A DNA stretch of 63,165 nt, the filler included, from Rhabdomonas costata (taxonomy: Eukaryota), in the NCBI GenBank assembly GCA_019059605.1. It is 45 parts of 45 records of this genome, joined end to end, with 100 filler letters (N's around TTAATTAATTAA, not from the genome) between each part and the next. Parts side by side here need not be neighbours in the genome. Positions count along the whole stretch, not along the records: positions 47,814 to 49,118 come from JAHMHO010019947.1; positions 49,219 to 50,523 come from JAHMHO010019948.1; positions 50,624 to 51,926 come from JAHMHO010019949.1; positions 52,027 to 53,331 come from JAHMHO010019950.1; positions 53,432 to 54,737 come from JAHMHO010019951.1; positions 54,838 to 56,142 come from JAHMHO010019952.1; positions 56,243 to 57,547 come from JAHMHO010019953.1; positions 57,648 to 58,951 come from JAHMHO010019954.1; 37 more parts are not named here. One strand, given 5' to 3'. The notes below the pieces were generated by a model that worked only from the letters and a program-made list of their open reading frames with translations, searched no databases and was not told the DNA's origin. Shown one piece after another: positions 47,834 through 60,136 of this stretch. A program made the translations under genes and the position numbers. Position 1 is the first letter of the stretch, and every line of letters starts with the position of its first letter.

Positions 47834-47957
47834 GGTTAAGGCCGCGGTGAGCAAGGTGGAGCGCAGCAGCGAGGAAGCCCGTGCGGCCTTTGCCGCAGCA
47901 AAGCAAGACAGGGACGCCGCGGACGAGGCACGGCTCCGCGCGGAAGGCCTGCGCAAG
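47834..47957 (+). CDS. Coiled-coil exon, hypothetical protein
   Basis: AG/GT-bounded, GC3-rich VKAAVSKVERSSEEARAAFAAAKQDRDAADEARLRAEGLRK. Confidence 0.45.
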
Positions 47958-49239
47958 GTCATGGCAGGGCTCCATACCGATTTTTTATCGGTTTTGTGTT
48001 CTTTGTTTTGTGCGTTTTTGTTTTTGTTTGTGTGTGGTCCTATTTATTATCACTACGCCACTTCAGCAAACAATTGCCGTCAGATGGCCCAGGGTGTCAG
48101 GGCACGTCAAGGTATGCCAGGATGCCAATACCCCGTGATGCTGCTGGTATCCTGCTTGATTGATGTCTTCGCGTCCACTCAGACATCCCTCACTCCACCC
48201 TCACGTCATCATGGTATGGGCATAGCACCTGATGTGATGCTGGTATCTCCTCTACTCCACCCCTTGGACATCTACCACAGTGGGTATGGGTGCTCTATTA
48301 CAATGGAGGAAATGCCGAGTGATGGGTATAGCATGAAGGTATTCTTGTCACCACGCTTACGCTCCGTCTACCGGGGTGGGCATTCCTTCACTGTGGCTTA
48401 CAGGCATCAGCATAGGGGCGTAAGGAAGGTCTAGCGGTTAGAGTGCAGTCAGTGAGTCTAGCTGATGGGTGGAGTCACGAGTAGCAGTGGTGGCTGCAGT
48501 GGTCCAACGCTTACCCCGCTGCAGCCACAACCAGCGTCGATGTGACCGGTAGCTCCATGCCTAGCGTCACTCTACCAGTGATTTTACCGTTACGCCAACT
48601 GCTATGCTCGGGTTGCTGGGTTTAGTTTTTGTTGTATGCAATAGTACTACGCGTGATTATACCATAGTTGTAGTCTTGCTTTGTTTCTTCTTCCCCCCCC
48701 CCCCACGACATCACTGAGGCGTTACCAGTGATGCCCGCTGTGTGATGTGTCGACCTATTTGGTGTTGCGTGCATACGTGGTAGCATTTCACACTTCCGCT
48801 CGCAGTGTCGGCATCGACATCATCACCCTTGAATGACGCATCACCGTTCGTCCATGTCCTTCCCTCATTGCGTGTCAGTTAGCCTTCGCAGATTGTCGCT
48901 ATCGGATCACTACTTGCTCAAGGTAGCTCTCATAGTCCTGCTTCCGTACGGTAATTCTTGATGCGGGGCTTCAACAGTTACACACCTCTCGATAGGAGGA
49001 AGGATCGCCATAGAAGCCAGAGAACCAGGATGCACAGAGGATCACGCCACAGGAGATTGGATCACAGCACCACAAGGAGATGGAGTAACTTGCAAGGAAC
49101 AACCCATAGCCCCACAAANNNNNNNNNNNNNNNNNNNNNNNNNNNNNNNNNNNNNNNNNNNNTTAATTAATTAANNNNNNNNNNNNNNNNNNNNNNNNNN
49201 NNNNNNNNNNNNNNNNNNGGGGTTGGGGCCCCATGGCAG

Positions 49240-49520
49240 CTAGGAACGCAGTGGCGACGCTGACATGGGGGTAGAGACACGTAGGGAGCATGCGACCAGA
49301 GGTAGCATGCGACCAGAGGTAGCATGCGACCATCAAGACATGTGTGTGGGGCCCCATGAGCGGGAAGCGAGTGGGGATACAGGACGAAGGAGCGTAGCGA
49401 CTGAGGACGTAAAGAGTAAGAAGTAGGAGCAAAGGAACGCAGTGACTGAGCGACCAAGGAACCCATCAACGCATTACGAGCGTAGCGAGGGCCCGGAGGG
49501 CCTCTTCTGCTCTTCTGGTA
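49240..49520 (+). repeat. Hairpin-rich interspersed repeat family B, copy 1
   Basis: 49373-49430 (GGGGATAC-AGGACGAAGGAGCGTAGCGACTGAGGACGTAAAGAGTAAGAAGTAGGAG) aligns with 51825-51881. Includes a 17-bp tandem unit AGCATGCGACCAGAGGT. Confidence 0.75.
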
Positions 49521-51529
49521 TTCCTCGGTCGGGCCCCTGCCGGTTCCCTCCCATCATCACTTCTTACCATCGTTCTCTCCACTGCCATAAGGCGGTTACG
49601 TTCAATCTTCCCCAACATCAGGAGAGCGTCGGCCTCGACCTCCATTTCGAGTCATGTCCTCAGATTGGGTTGTGACTCAGAGGGCCTTAGAAGCATGATA
49701 TTCGGCATGGATCCTTGTATCTCAAGGCCCACTCCTCCGCTCGACACCCCATGGCAGCCCTCTTTACAGCATCAACTTCCAACATCATGGGCTTATGCGG
49801 CTAGGTATTGCCACTCCATCGAGTTCATGTCATGCCTCAGACCACCACAGTGCCGCTATGACATACCAACAGGAGGGCTTACAAGGGCTGATCCACCCTA
49901 TGCCCCATGACGGCATGGCAACCACCCATAGCGGCATCAGCACAACATCACACTTTGGGCTTATCCGGTTGCTACACCGTTGCCTCTGAGTGAAATCATG
50001 CCAACACCACCCAGGCAGCAGTCCGTGCCTTACCACAACAGCGTACGCTGGGCTGATGAGGCTATGACACCAGTGGTTGCTGTGCCGTACCACAACAGGG
50101 CATCACCAACAAGGTCGGGGTACAACCTATGCCACCATCGATGACACCATGCCGTAGCAGACCACCACCGTGTAGGCTAGCTTCGTAGCATAGGATCGCA
50201 TTGCACAACCTTACCTCTACTATGACTAACCCTTACACTGGTATTGGCATACACACATACACACACACGTATACAGTAATAGGGTAACAAAGCCCCTACG
50301 TTGGCACACACGCATATCTACTGTGGTGCCTTGGCCATACAACAGCGTCCTACCACCCTGTTGTACCCTACTATGGCCCTATGGTGCATGCGCTAACGGG
50401 GCTCAGTTCGGTTTTACCATACCACGCGCTACTATGGTGGGTGCGGATCCACTACGTAAGCAATGACTACACGTGGGATGCAGGAAGGCGGTACTTACGT
50501 AGTGGATCCGCACCCACCACAACNNNNNNNNNNNNNNNNNNNNNNNNNNNNNNNNNNNNNNNNNNNNTTAATTAATTAANNNNNNNNNNNNNNNNNNNNN
50601 NNNNNNNNNNNNNNNNNNNNNNNTTGGCTTCAAGAAAGGGCAACGATCGGTGCCCAAATCACGGTCCGACAGCCTTTTGATTGCAGAGCTGATGCAACCA
50701 ATGAAGGTGACGAGCGAGACAGTCTGACAACACAACAAGAAAAATGTTTCAAAGGGCGAAAGCACGCCTGTTTTCATTCAGCTTCTGCAAATATCCATCA
50801 AACAGGAGGCATATGTTTCTGAAGTCTTTCTCGTCACGATCGGGTCTAATAGCTCTTGACTGAAATGCAAAACAACAAATTCCCAAAGAATTGACAATGA
50901 ATACAGAATAGCAGAGGCCCTTAACTTTTTTTTCATCTCTTTAAAACTTTATGATACGCCTTTGTGCACTTGTGCTGTTATCCCATGTACTGTTCAAGTA
51001 TTATGGCGTCACCAATAAACAGCGAAACAGTCAAATTTGGTATCGAAAGTCATTGTGTCACGCAAAATTTCGAATGACAAGTTACAGGTCTGCGAGATTA
51101 ACAAGAAGATCGCCGGAGGTAGGAAAGGCCAATACACCTTGGCAGCCACCGCCCTTCAACAATCACATCTTGCAGTGGTGGGTTTGTATTATGGCATCTC
51201 GTTCAGTGCATCAGGTCTCACCTTTGCGTGCGGTGGCTGCCCTCTCAACATCAACCACCGGGAGTTGGCGGCTGGGCGGTAGGGATGTGCATGGCCATAA
51301 TCACCACAACCACCTCTCTCTCTCTCTCTGCTCTACCACAACATCACTTCTTACATCCTCACACACATACACCAGGTTGGGATGCTTGCCTGGTGGTGAT
51401 GCCGACACCCTGATGCAGTGTTGACATCATATGATAGGGTCACCATCACAACGTAGCAGCACTGTCACCCTTGACACATTGGAAGCTGAGTTACCCGTGA
51501 CGAGGTATGGGGATTGAGTACATCGAGGG

Positions 51530-51916
51530 AGTGATGTGAAGCGCAGCGTAGCATCACGACCAGCAAAAACCAAGGGGCCCCACGAACATGAACGCAGTGA
51601 ATGTGAGTGGGGTATCAGCATCTTGTCGGCCTTCGGCCTCCCATCTTCTCTCTCTATTACGTTCGGCCTCACTCCGTTCGACATCCCTCCACACCCCTCA
51701 TGTGACCCGAGTGAGCGTACCGACTCATGTCGGGGAGCGAACCATCATCACGTGATCGATAGAAAGGAGGTGGGAGAGAGCGTAGCGACCGACAGTAAAG
51801 GGGCCCAATGAGTGTGTAGCGAATGGGGATAGAAGGACGAACGAGCGTAGCCAGTGAGGACGTAAGGAATAAAAGTAGGAGGGATGCTGAGCAACGCGAA
51901 GGCATCCCGACATCAA
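51530..51916 (+). repeat. Hairpin-rich interspersed repeat family B, copy 2
   Basis: GGGGATAGAAGGACGAACGAGCGTAGCCAGTGAGGACGTAAGGAATAAAAGTAGGAG is homologous to the 49373 copy. Multiple C-GNA-G hairpins. Confidence 0.75.
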
Positions 51917-52026
51917 CCACCACCACNNNNNNNNNNNNNNNNNNNNNNNNNNNNNNNNNNNNNNNNNNNNTTAATTAATTAANNNNNNNNNNNNNNNNNN
52001 NNNNNNNNNNNNNNNNNNNNNNNNNN

Positions 52027-53331
52027 GGTTTTTGTTGGTCACCAGTCTTTCAGATGCTGCAACAAGGGGGTCGGGGGCAGGCGCTGTGCAAAAGGATGGT
52101 ATTGCTCCCAACACTTCCTGGAGGTGAGCAATCGCTGCGTCCGACGTGAAGGGCGAGGACTGGGAGCGTTATGCTTGAAAATTGGGAGACATGACGAACG
52201 TGGCGGAGGCCCCCGTGCTTAGAAACAGGGGGTTGCTGAAACCAGGCACCTAAACTTGCGCACCGGAGGGGTGGGAATTTGTGTGGTGTACTGCAGTTAC
52301 ACGTTTAACGGCGAAATACGCATGAACGGAAATGCTTGAAATAACGCTGTTCCAAACAATTCCTTTCGAGGAATTCATTTTCTCTTCAACTACCCGCTAC
52401 ATCGGGTGTTCAGTTATGAATGTGAACAATGCAGCATGTCACTTGACCTGAAATGCCGTCCAAATTTAATAGATGACGCTAGATGGCGTTTCGACAGATA
52501 CCCAGTGGCCAGAGCTGAACCCGTTCACGCATTTTAGGACATTCATAGGTGGACACTCGGTAATTATAGTACTTATACTAAGACTTTCCACGTCCTCTGG
52601 GTCACGTTCTTCTTAATGCGATTTGGGTAAACTTTGCGCGGCCAGTTTTTCGCACGTCGTCATCGGGCTAGCTCGTCAATTTCTGCCCCCTGCATAGACC
52701 CACTTACCGGCGCACTGTACACGACGAAGCCACGAGGGTTTTCTTCTTGTTCAGCTCGAGCCCCAATCGTGAAAGTGCTCTCTCGAGGAGGGGTAGCAAC
52801 CAGTTGAGAACAGAAAGCGGACCAAAGACGGTTTGCGGTTCACCATCGAGCGCTCTTTCAATCTCGCCATTTGCCTTGTGCAATGCCAGAGAAGAGCAGT
52901 GGGCCAAGCGGGCTCTCCTGATGAACGCCACTCTCACCCCGCAGGACGGCATCACGACAAACCACAAAGAAGCATGCGTCTGTGGGGCACCCGACGATGA
53001 AGCACGTGTGTGCATGTTTGTCTACCTCGCCTCGCAGCGCTGAGCTGGCGCCCTTCCACACATCCGGAAACCTGGTACCGCTCAGGAAGCCCGATGACGA
53101 CTGGAGTCCGACCCTTCGCGTGGGCGAGACTATTTGGTGGAACTTCTCCACTTTCCTCTCAGAATGGCATAGTCCTGGAGGTCTGAGGAATGCTGTGTGG
53201 ATGAAGGTGCTGCGCAGGCCCAGGCCGGCTAACTGCTCCTCATAAAACCGAGGGGCCATCCCCTGTAATCACCGCCCACAGCCGGGGCAGCTCCGTGGGC
53301 CGCACAACCGTCTCTCTACTCAAAGACCCCC
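52027..53331. pseudogene. Degenerate, internally rearranged CRE-like non-LTR retrotransposon
   Basis: Minus strand: ESGVHQESPLGPLLFS, LGLELNKKKT and a downstream GAWF. Plus strand ~53040-53200: SGNLVPLRKPD...VGETI and PGGLRNAV. Confidence 0.65.
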
Positions 53332-55924
53332 NNNNNNNNNNNNNNNNNNNNNNNNNNNNNNNNNNNNNNNNNNNNTTAATTAATTAANNNNNNNNNNNNN
53401 NNNNNNNNNNNNNNNNNNNNNNNNNNNNNNNTGTGGTGTTAAATTTACAAAGTTGCCACATTTTTTGTTCACACATAATTGGATTAGAGTAAAATTGTCG
53501 TGGTGTTTAATGTTGAAGATGCGTTCTATAGAGTGGAATGCACGGATAATGTAGCGGGTTCAAATCAAGAAATGTTCAGTATTATTCAGTGGATAGGATG
53601 TGTTCAAGTACATGTAGATGCTTTTTTAAGTTGTATCGTCCACTATTCAAAAATGTCGCCTCTAGTGCACTGTGAACTGTGAGACACAGCAAGTTAAGGA
53701 AATGTTTTTTGGAAGAGAGTGACATACCAACCGCGCCTATGGAAGAATGGCATCTAAGTGTATAGGTGTAAATGTCAAAATCTGTATTGACATTTGCCAT
53801 GTATTGACATCAAACCACCATAAACACATTCTCAGTGCCATTGTGACCATTTGCTCCAGATTTGACAACTGATTCCTCTCACACCACGCCAAATTTCCAA
53901 ACTACATCTATGACATCTGTGGAATCATGGAAGATTACAAACAGAAGATCACCTCATACAGCCACTAGATCCTAACACAATATTTTTGGCAGAAAGTCAG
54001 CTGCGATGAGTTGAACAGTTATATTTGACTAGTACTCCCACCAGAGCATCGCCACAACAGATCAAATACATCCACCAACATCAGAAACACATAGAACCAT
54101 GCACTCTTCTTTAAATAACTGAACACTCGAGAAGTTAACACAACTAAACAACAACCATCTACAAGCAACAGGCTGTGTAGGAATTATTTGGGAATCACGT
54201 GCAAACTTGAATGTCATTGCTCGACCAAACTGAGAAAATATGATTATATTTACACGTGCATCACTAATTAATTACCAAAATGGCAAACCAATCACATTGG
54301 TGGCGTCGGGATCCGGTTGTTCAAAAGTAATTTATTTAATAATTATTGGATTTCTTGAACTGGGGGGTTTTTTACTTGAACTGGTGTGTTTGGTATTCTG
54401 CCCACACGTGAAATTTTGGTGGCGGCTCACCATCGCTTTATACTCTTCATCCATCAAATATGATACGCTATATGGCGTTGTACATATACAGCATCAAAAT
54501 GAAACCACTAAACACCTACAGTAATCACAAATACACACGAACCATACAATGAAACACACAATAACCACCAATACTATACATCCACTTTGAGTCATCATAC
54601 AACCCACTGCAAAATTGCGCACAACACCTGACACAAAATACACTACACACAGTTGCATCGGTAATCACAAACTAGCTTCCACGCGCACACATCATCTAAG
54701 CCCTAAAAACAACAAAAAAACAAAGACCACACAACAGNNNNNNNNNNNNNNNNNNNNNNNNNNNNNNNNNNNNNNNNNNNNTTAATTAATTAANNNNNNN
54801 NNNNNNNNNNNNNNNNNNNNNNNNNNNNNNNNNNNNNGGGTGTTGGGCCTGAGCCTAGATGTGGCTCTGGACCTGTATCCTGCCCCAGCGCCTGCGGCAG
54901 TCCACGTCACAGCTCCAGTGGTTGTGCCCGCCAGTGCGACGGCATCTTCCATTACTTCAGCCAGTGGCTCAGCCACACCCAGTGTCAATGTGCCTGGCAA
55001 TGCCCACAGGAGCCCGCCTCGGTTCCAGCGAACTGCCGCCTCGCACGGCAGATCATCTAGGTCCATCCCATGGGAGACGTTCCGGCAAGGAACGGGGACT
55101 TAATGAAACGCGAAATCGTCCCTTGTGCTTTTGACTTGTGTTTCTTGATGTTGATGTAGCGGTGCTTCGAGTTGAGTTTGTTGGGATTCTGCTCTTGGCC
55201 TTGCCGTTTGGTGTGAGAGAGGTTGGGTGGGTTGCGGGTGCTCTGTTTTCTGCCAACATCAGGGCAGATGGTAGCCGGTGTGTCCTCTTTTTTGCTTCGG
55301 TGGTGGTTTTGCAGACAACGTTTTCTCGCCATGCCACTACTTCTGTGTCCTTTCACTTTCCAGCGCTCTCTCTGTGCACCGCTTTGGTGGTTTGTTGGAG
55401 ATGGGCGAAGATGCTTGCCGTTGAGGGGAGGATTTTTACCACGCAGCACGATTCTTAATCGTATTCTAATGACCGCACTATGATGAAGTCAGTCTCGTTA
55501 GTGAACCTAAACCTCTGTTTTTCCTGGACCTATAAGTGGAGCTGAGTCGCATCGCTTATGAACTTTGTAGCATAGCATCGCAACTGAGGTGTTTCAAAAG
55601 CGGTTCTGCGTTTGTGGAAGTCTTGTCTTTTTGTGGGGGTTATTCTGTCCTTTAGCTCGAGCGCGCGAAGACAGCGAAGCGACAAAGAGGAAAGGGAAAG
55701 TGGACATCATCAGTGGAGCAATATGATTGCTGCAGAGAACCGCCTTCTCATTGCCAACGTTTTTCATTTTAACAAACGAAAAAGAACGCTACACACAAAT
55801 AGTATGCGTGACTGTGGTGGGCCTTTCACAGTTCTGGCCGCGCTTTGCGCGAATTGCTTTGCTTAGAGAGCTCTTCTGTGCGATCTCCTACGAAACACCC
55901 CCCCCCCTTCCACCTGTCTCTAAG

Positions 55925-56095
55925 ATGCCAACAGTAACGCACAGGCGTCCTCGCAGCGCCTCCCCTGGTGCCACCGCTTTGGGGGCGGTCACGGGGCCGC
56001 GTTTCCGGTCGACAGTGTTCCAGGTGCCCCAAGTTACCGACAACGCGGAGCGGTGCGCGCAGCTTTGGGACACCTTCCGGGCCCCTCCCCACGGC
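55925..56095 (+). CDS. Hypothetical protein first exon
   Basis: Pyrimidine tract plus TAAG immediately before the ATG; GC-rich open frame MPTVTHRRPRSASPG.... Confidence 0.35.
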
Positions 56096-56776
56096 AGATG
56101 CTTCCCCGTCTCCTCATTTATTTTTGCCTGCCCACCACACAANNNNNNNNNNNNNNNNNNNNNNNNNNNNNNNNNNNNNNNNNNNNTTAATTAATTAANN
56201 NNNNNNNNNNNNNNNNNNNNNNNNNNNNNNNNNNNNNNNNNNGGGGTGTGGGGCACGAAAAACTGACTCAAGTCCGGGGTTGGAATTTTCCGGTACCATA
56301 CAATCAATGGAAGATTGTCGAATTGCTGGAAGAAGTGTCTACAGCTTTCAGCATAGCTTTTTATTTTTCCGCTAAGACCTCTAGTTGGAGGAAGGGATCT
56401 CTCTAATCGAATCCAGAGGTGCGCACCAGCAGCGTAGCAGTTACAAAGTTAAAGTCATTGACAAGAGGCTGCCAACCCCCCAGACACCATTGCAACATCA
56501 AAATCACACACCAAACGCCATAATCCAAGAACATTTCCGCTTCTTGCCTTCGCATGGGCGTGTGTGTGAACCCACGACCTGATGGATTGACGCAAAGCTT
56601 CAAGTGAACGGTAGAGAAGGACGGGGAAGGGTAAGAGCATAATCAGGGGTACTAACAACACTGACAGCAACAATGTCCAGGAAATTGTTCAACCGGGCAA
56701 GCGTGCAGGAAAAACGGGGATAATCAGGGGAACCTACGAGAAGCACACAGAAGCGTGCAGCTTTGCACAGAAATAC

Positions 56777-57547
56777 CGCCGCCTTGGATTTCTGAACCTC
56801 CTTGGTGACCTGGTCCAGCCTTGACTTGGATTCCTCCACGAGCACTCGCTTAGGCTGAAAAACAAGCAGCACTGATGAACTGATGAACAAGCAGAACATG
56901 CAAGTCTACTTATGCAATGCTCATCACTCCTTCCGCACACACTGACTGGCAGGGCAGTGAAACGACAAAGGCATGCACACCTGTATGAAGCAGTGGATGG
57001 CGTGGAACTTCTCCATGTTGATTACCCAATCACATAACCCCGCGGCGGCGTGCGATTTGGTAAGGATGTTGGCACCCGTAAACTCCGGCCTAAAACCCAT
57101 CCGAAAAAAAGTCCAAAGGCAGAACCTACTCCTCTATGCAGCACTCAATTGTGGCCTGATGGAACTGCAACCTCGTAATTACAAGAAGTCACAAGTTTTT
57201 GCCTCTTTCTCCTTTCCGTTTGTGCGGGTCAAGTAGTCAGTAAAAAATTCTCGCAGTGGTCGACCGAAATGAAACATAGTCCTAGCATGCACCACACTGG
57301 AAAGGGCAGAGTGGAATTCAGCATCCCTAGCGGATGTAACTTTGATGATGGGAAGGGGTTCTGAGAGACTTGAGGTATGGTCGCAGAGCGGCGATGTTCG
57401 CCGGTGGTATGTTCTCCTTGTCAAAGGTGCGCAGGCGGTTGAGGAAGATGTCCAGCCGCTGCATCATCCTCTGCGCGTTGACCCAGGTGCGGTCCTGCTC
57501 CCGGACCAGGTCGTTCGGTGGAGAGAGCAGGATCATTACACACAACA
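56777..57547 (-). CDS. Dynein heavy chain (axonemal-type) stalk and microtubule-binding domain, three exons
   Basis: DRTW..AQRMM...FL..L..FDKENIP....ALRPYL / PEF...I..KS.AAAGLCDWVIN / PKR..VEE...L is the conserved stalk sequence. GT-AG introns. Confidence 0.93.
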
Positions 57548-57914
57548 NNNNNNNNNNNNNNNNNNNNNNNNNNNNNNNNNNNNNNNNNNNNTTAATTAAT
57601 TAANNNNNNNNNNNNNNNNNNNNNNNNNNNNNNNNNNNNNNNNNNNNTTGTTTGGGGCAGCGTATCAAAAAGTGAGCACAAGGGATGCACGCCATGATGC
57701 CTGATTGCCTGACGCTTCGGCAGAAATGTTATGCAGGTTTGCTTAGCTGATCACGTTCCATTTTGATATTTGCCTCGCGCATTCGTGCTTGAGTGAGACG
57801 AGAATGCAACCAACACAAAAACACAGAGAGAAGTCACATTTGTAATGGCATTTCCAAAATAAACTGGGACGACCCCGACTGTGAGGAACGCATTGGGAAA
57901 ATCCACGGACACAC

Positions 57915-58949
57915 CGTCTTTTTCTTCTTCCTGGGAGGGAGAGCGCTCTGCGCACGGTTCATCTCCTCGATCTGCTCGTGGGTGATTTTTCGGGCGTTGA
58001 TGGCAGTGTTTCGGTAGGTCTCCAAAGGGTATACAAGCTCGTTGCACTGATCCTGAGTGGGAAGAACACCAGGAGTACGGAAGCCTTTTTGCGAGTAGCG
58101 AAATGCTGAAAACGTGGTGACGAAAGCAACAATCCATCTGATCCACCAACAATACCATCTGATTCCATCTGGGCGGTGTTTTGAGACCCACCCTTATTGA
58201 AAACGGAGAGCTTCAGAGGGCGAAAGTTTTACATCGCAGGCCTGGAGTCTCTCGTGATGCGTCTAATGAGTTCTGAACCACGTTCAACGGGAAAACCTGC
58301 GGGTGCAACGGAGCAGAAAACAAACCTCAGTTGGAGCCGAGGCCGTGGAGCCTCTCAACACAAAGTACTCGTTGCTGGTGCCCATAGTAATAATCGCCCC
58401 CTCCTCCACCGGAACGGGTTTGTTGGGGGCGATGCGGACAGCTTGCTTTGCGTTGGGTGGAGTGAGAAAAGTTCCATGTTCAGTTTGGAGATCAATCACA
58501 TACGGACGACCGTTGCTGTGGTGGCCAATGGCGCAGTGAAGCTCCTCTATAGTTCCTGCAACCCAGAAAAAGAGCGCAAGGGTGCATAGCACATGTACAA
58601 CAGGGCATGCACAAACCAACACAAAGACCACCACGAAGATGCACCAATCCACATGCGTTTCCCTCATAAAGAAGCACCCTACCACCCTTGAAATGCTAGG
58701 TGTATTTGGTCCTCTCCGCACCTCCCCAATGTCGGTACTCAACTTCGAAGGGCCCGAGATTACAAAAACAGAAATTAGAAATAGCACTGCAGGCAAAGGT
58801 AAACATGATCCCAGAGTTCCTGCAAAAATTGCCGAGAAACCTGTGCCGTCATCCACAGGAATGTCGCATTGAACGGAGGTTCCAAAAACAAAGTACCGCT
58901 GCCCAGTCAAAGGAATTGAACCAAGCTGGTTCGCCCCATTGAAAACCAC
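57915..58949 (-). CDS. PPP1R8: Nuclear inhibitor of PP1 (NIPP1)-like FHA protein; exons 58949-58847 (or -58841), 58555-58326, 58052-57915
   Basis: FHA-like YFVFG..CD...H.AI.HH...YVIDL.T.HGTFL, then ETYRNTAINARK...PRKKKKT|V, matching NIPP1 TEFNTAHNKRI...KRKRK..RVxF. Confidence 0.75.
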
Positions 58950-59430
58950 AANNNNNNNNNNNNNNNNNNNNNNNNNNNNNNNNNNNNNNNNNNNNTTAAT
59001 TAATTAANNNNNNNNNNNNNNNNNNNNNNNNNNNNNNNNNNNNNNNNNNNNGTTGGTTTGTAGACTTTCTTTGGTGAATAGTGTGGACTTCGATGTCCGA
59101 TCTACGTCCGTAAATCAGTGAAAGGTTGCTCCGTCCCGCTAAGATCAGTGAAGAACGACCCAAAACGAAGGTTTCACCTAGAAAGAGTCTCCGGAAAGGA
59201 GGAAGCACAGGCAGCTGAACGACAGCAGCACAATTGGCAGCAATTTTTAATCGAGTTCTGGGATGAACGCGTAACAAGCACATACACACACACACACTCA
59301 CTCACTCACTAGTTCTGCTGCTTCCTCTTCTGGTGCGTAGGCGTGAAGAACAGGTGCCCATAAGCAACGGTGTCCAAGCTTCGCGGGAAAGCGATGACGG
59401 AAGGCAAAATGTTCGGGAGGGAGGTGGACC

Positions 59431-60136
59431 TTGAAGAAGACCACCATCTGCCTGAGCGGGCCTCGGCCCGCCGCAGACACCCTCTGGGCAATCCGCAAGC
59501 ACTCGTGGGAGTACCGCTCCGTCATTTGAGGGGTCACGTGGACCTGCAGTTCCGCACGATAGGAATGCACATCAGTCATCAGATTGCAGCTGGAAACAAA
59601 AACTGACATCTTGACCTACACCTAGGGACGACGACGTTCAGTGGGGTGTTTCTGCAGGACTTGCAATGCCTTGATAAAAAGTTACCTCGAGAGGTGCGGC
59701 TCGCAACAGTGACAACAGTCTCTCTCGGGAACAGAAGCAAGAGTGCCTTGTGTCTTCATTTTGGAATTTCTATGTGAAATTTGAGACAAAAGGTTGCGGT
59801 GGCGGCGTTGAAAGCCAACCCACTCGGAGAAGAGCTCAAAAAGTTTGGAAAAAAGACCATCGAAATGTTTTCCAAGAAAAACATTCCGCTTAATCCAGTG
59901 GTGATGTGATCTGGTCACAGACGCCGCCTCCACCCCCACCCTGAGGCTCCTAAGGTTTTGGCGGAACTTTGGTGGCAGAAAAACCAGTGCAAACCGCTGC
60001 TTCTCGAAAGCAAAGCAAAAGCGGGGGAGAGGAGAGGGGTGCCTCGCAGCTGTTCTTCCTGCACTCATGGGTTGTGCAGCGGTCGTACACGGAGGCGCCT
60101 CTGTCGGCGAAAAGTTTGTGCAAATTGCGTCGCCAG
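59431..60136 (-). CDS. Hypothetical protein exons (~60136-60043 and 59543-59431)
   Basis: GC3-rich segments that join in frame through a putative GC-AG intron. Confidence 0.35.

Noticed and set aside
53582..53800. Possible hAT transposase remnant
   Set aside because: Similarity is too faint to support without a profile search.
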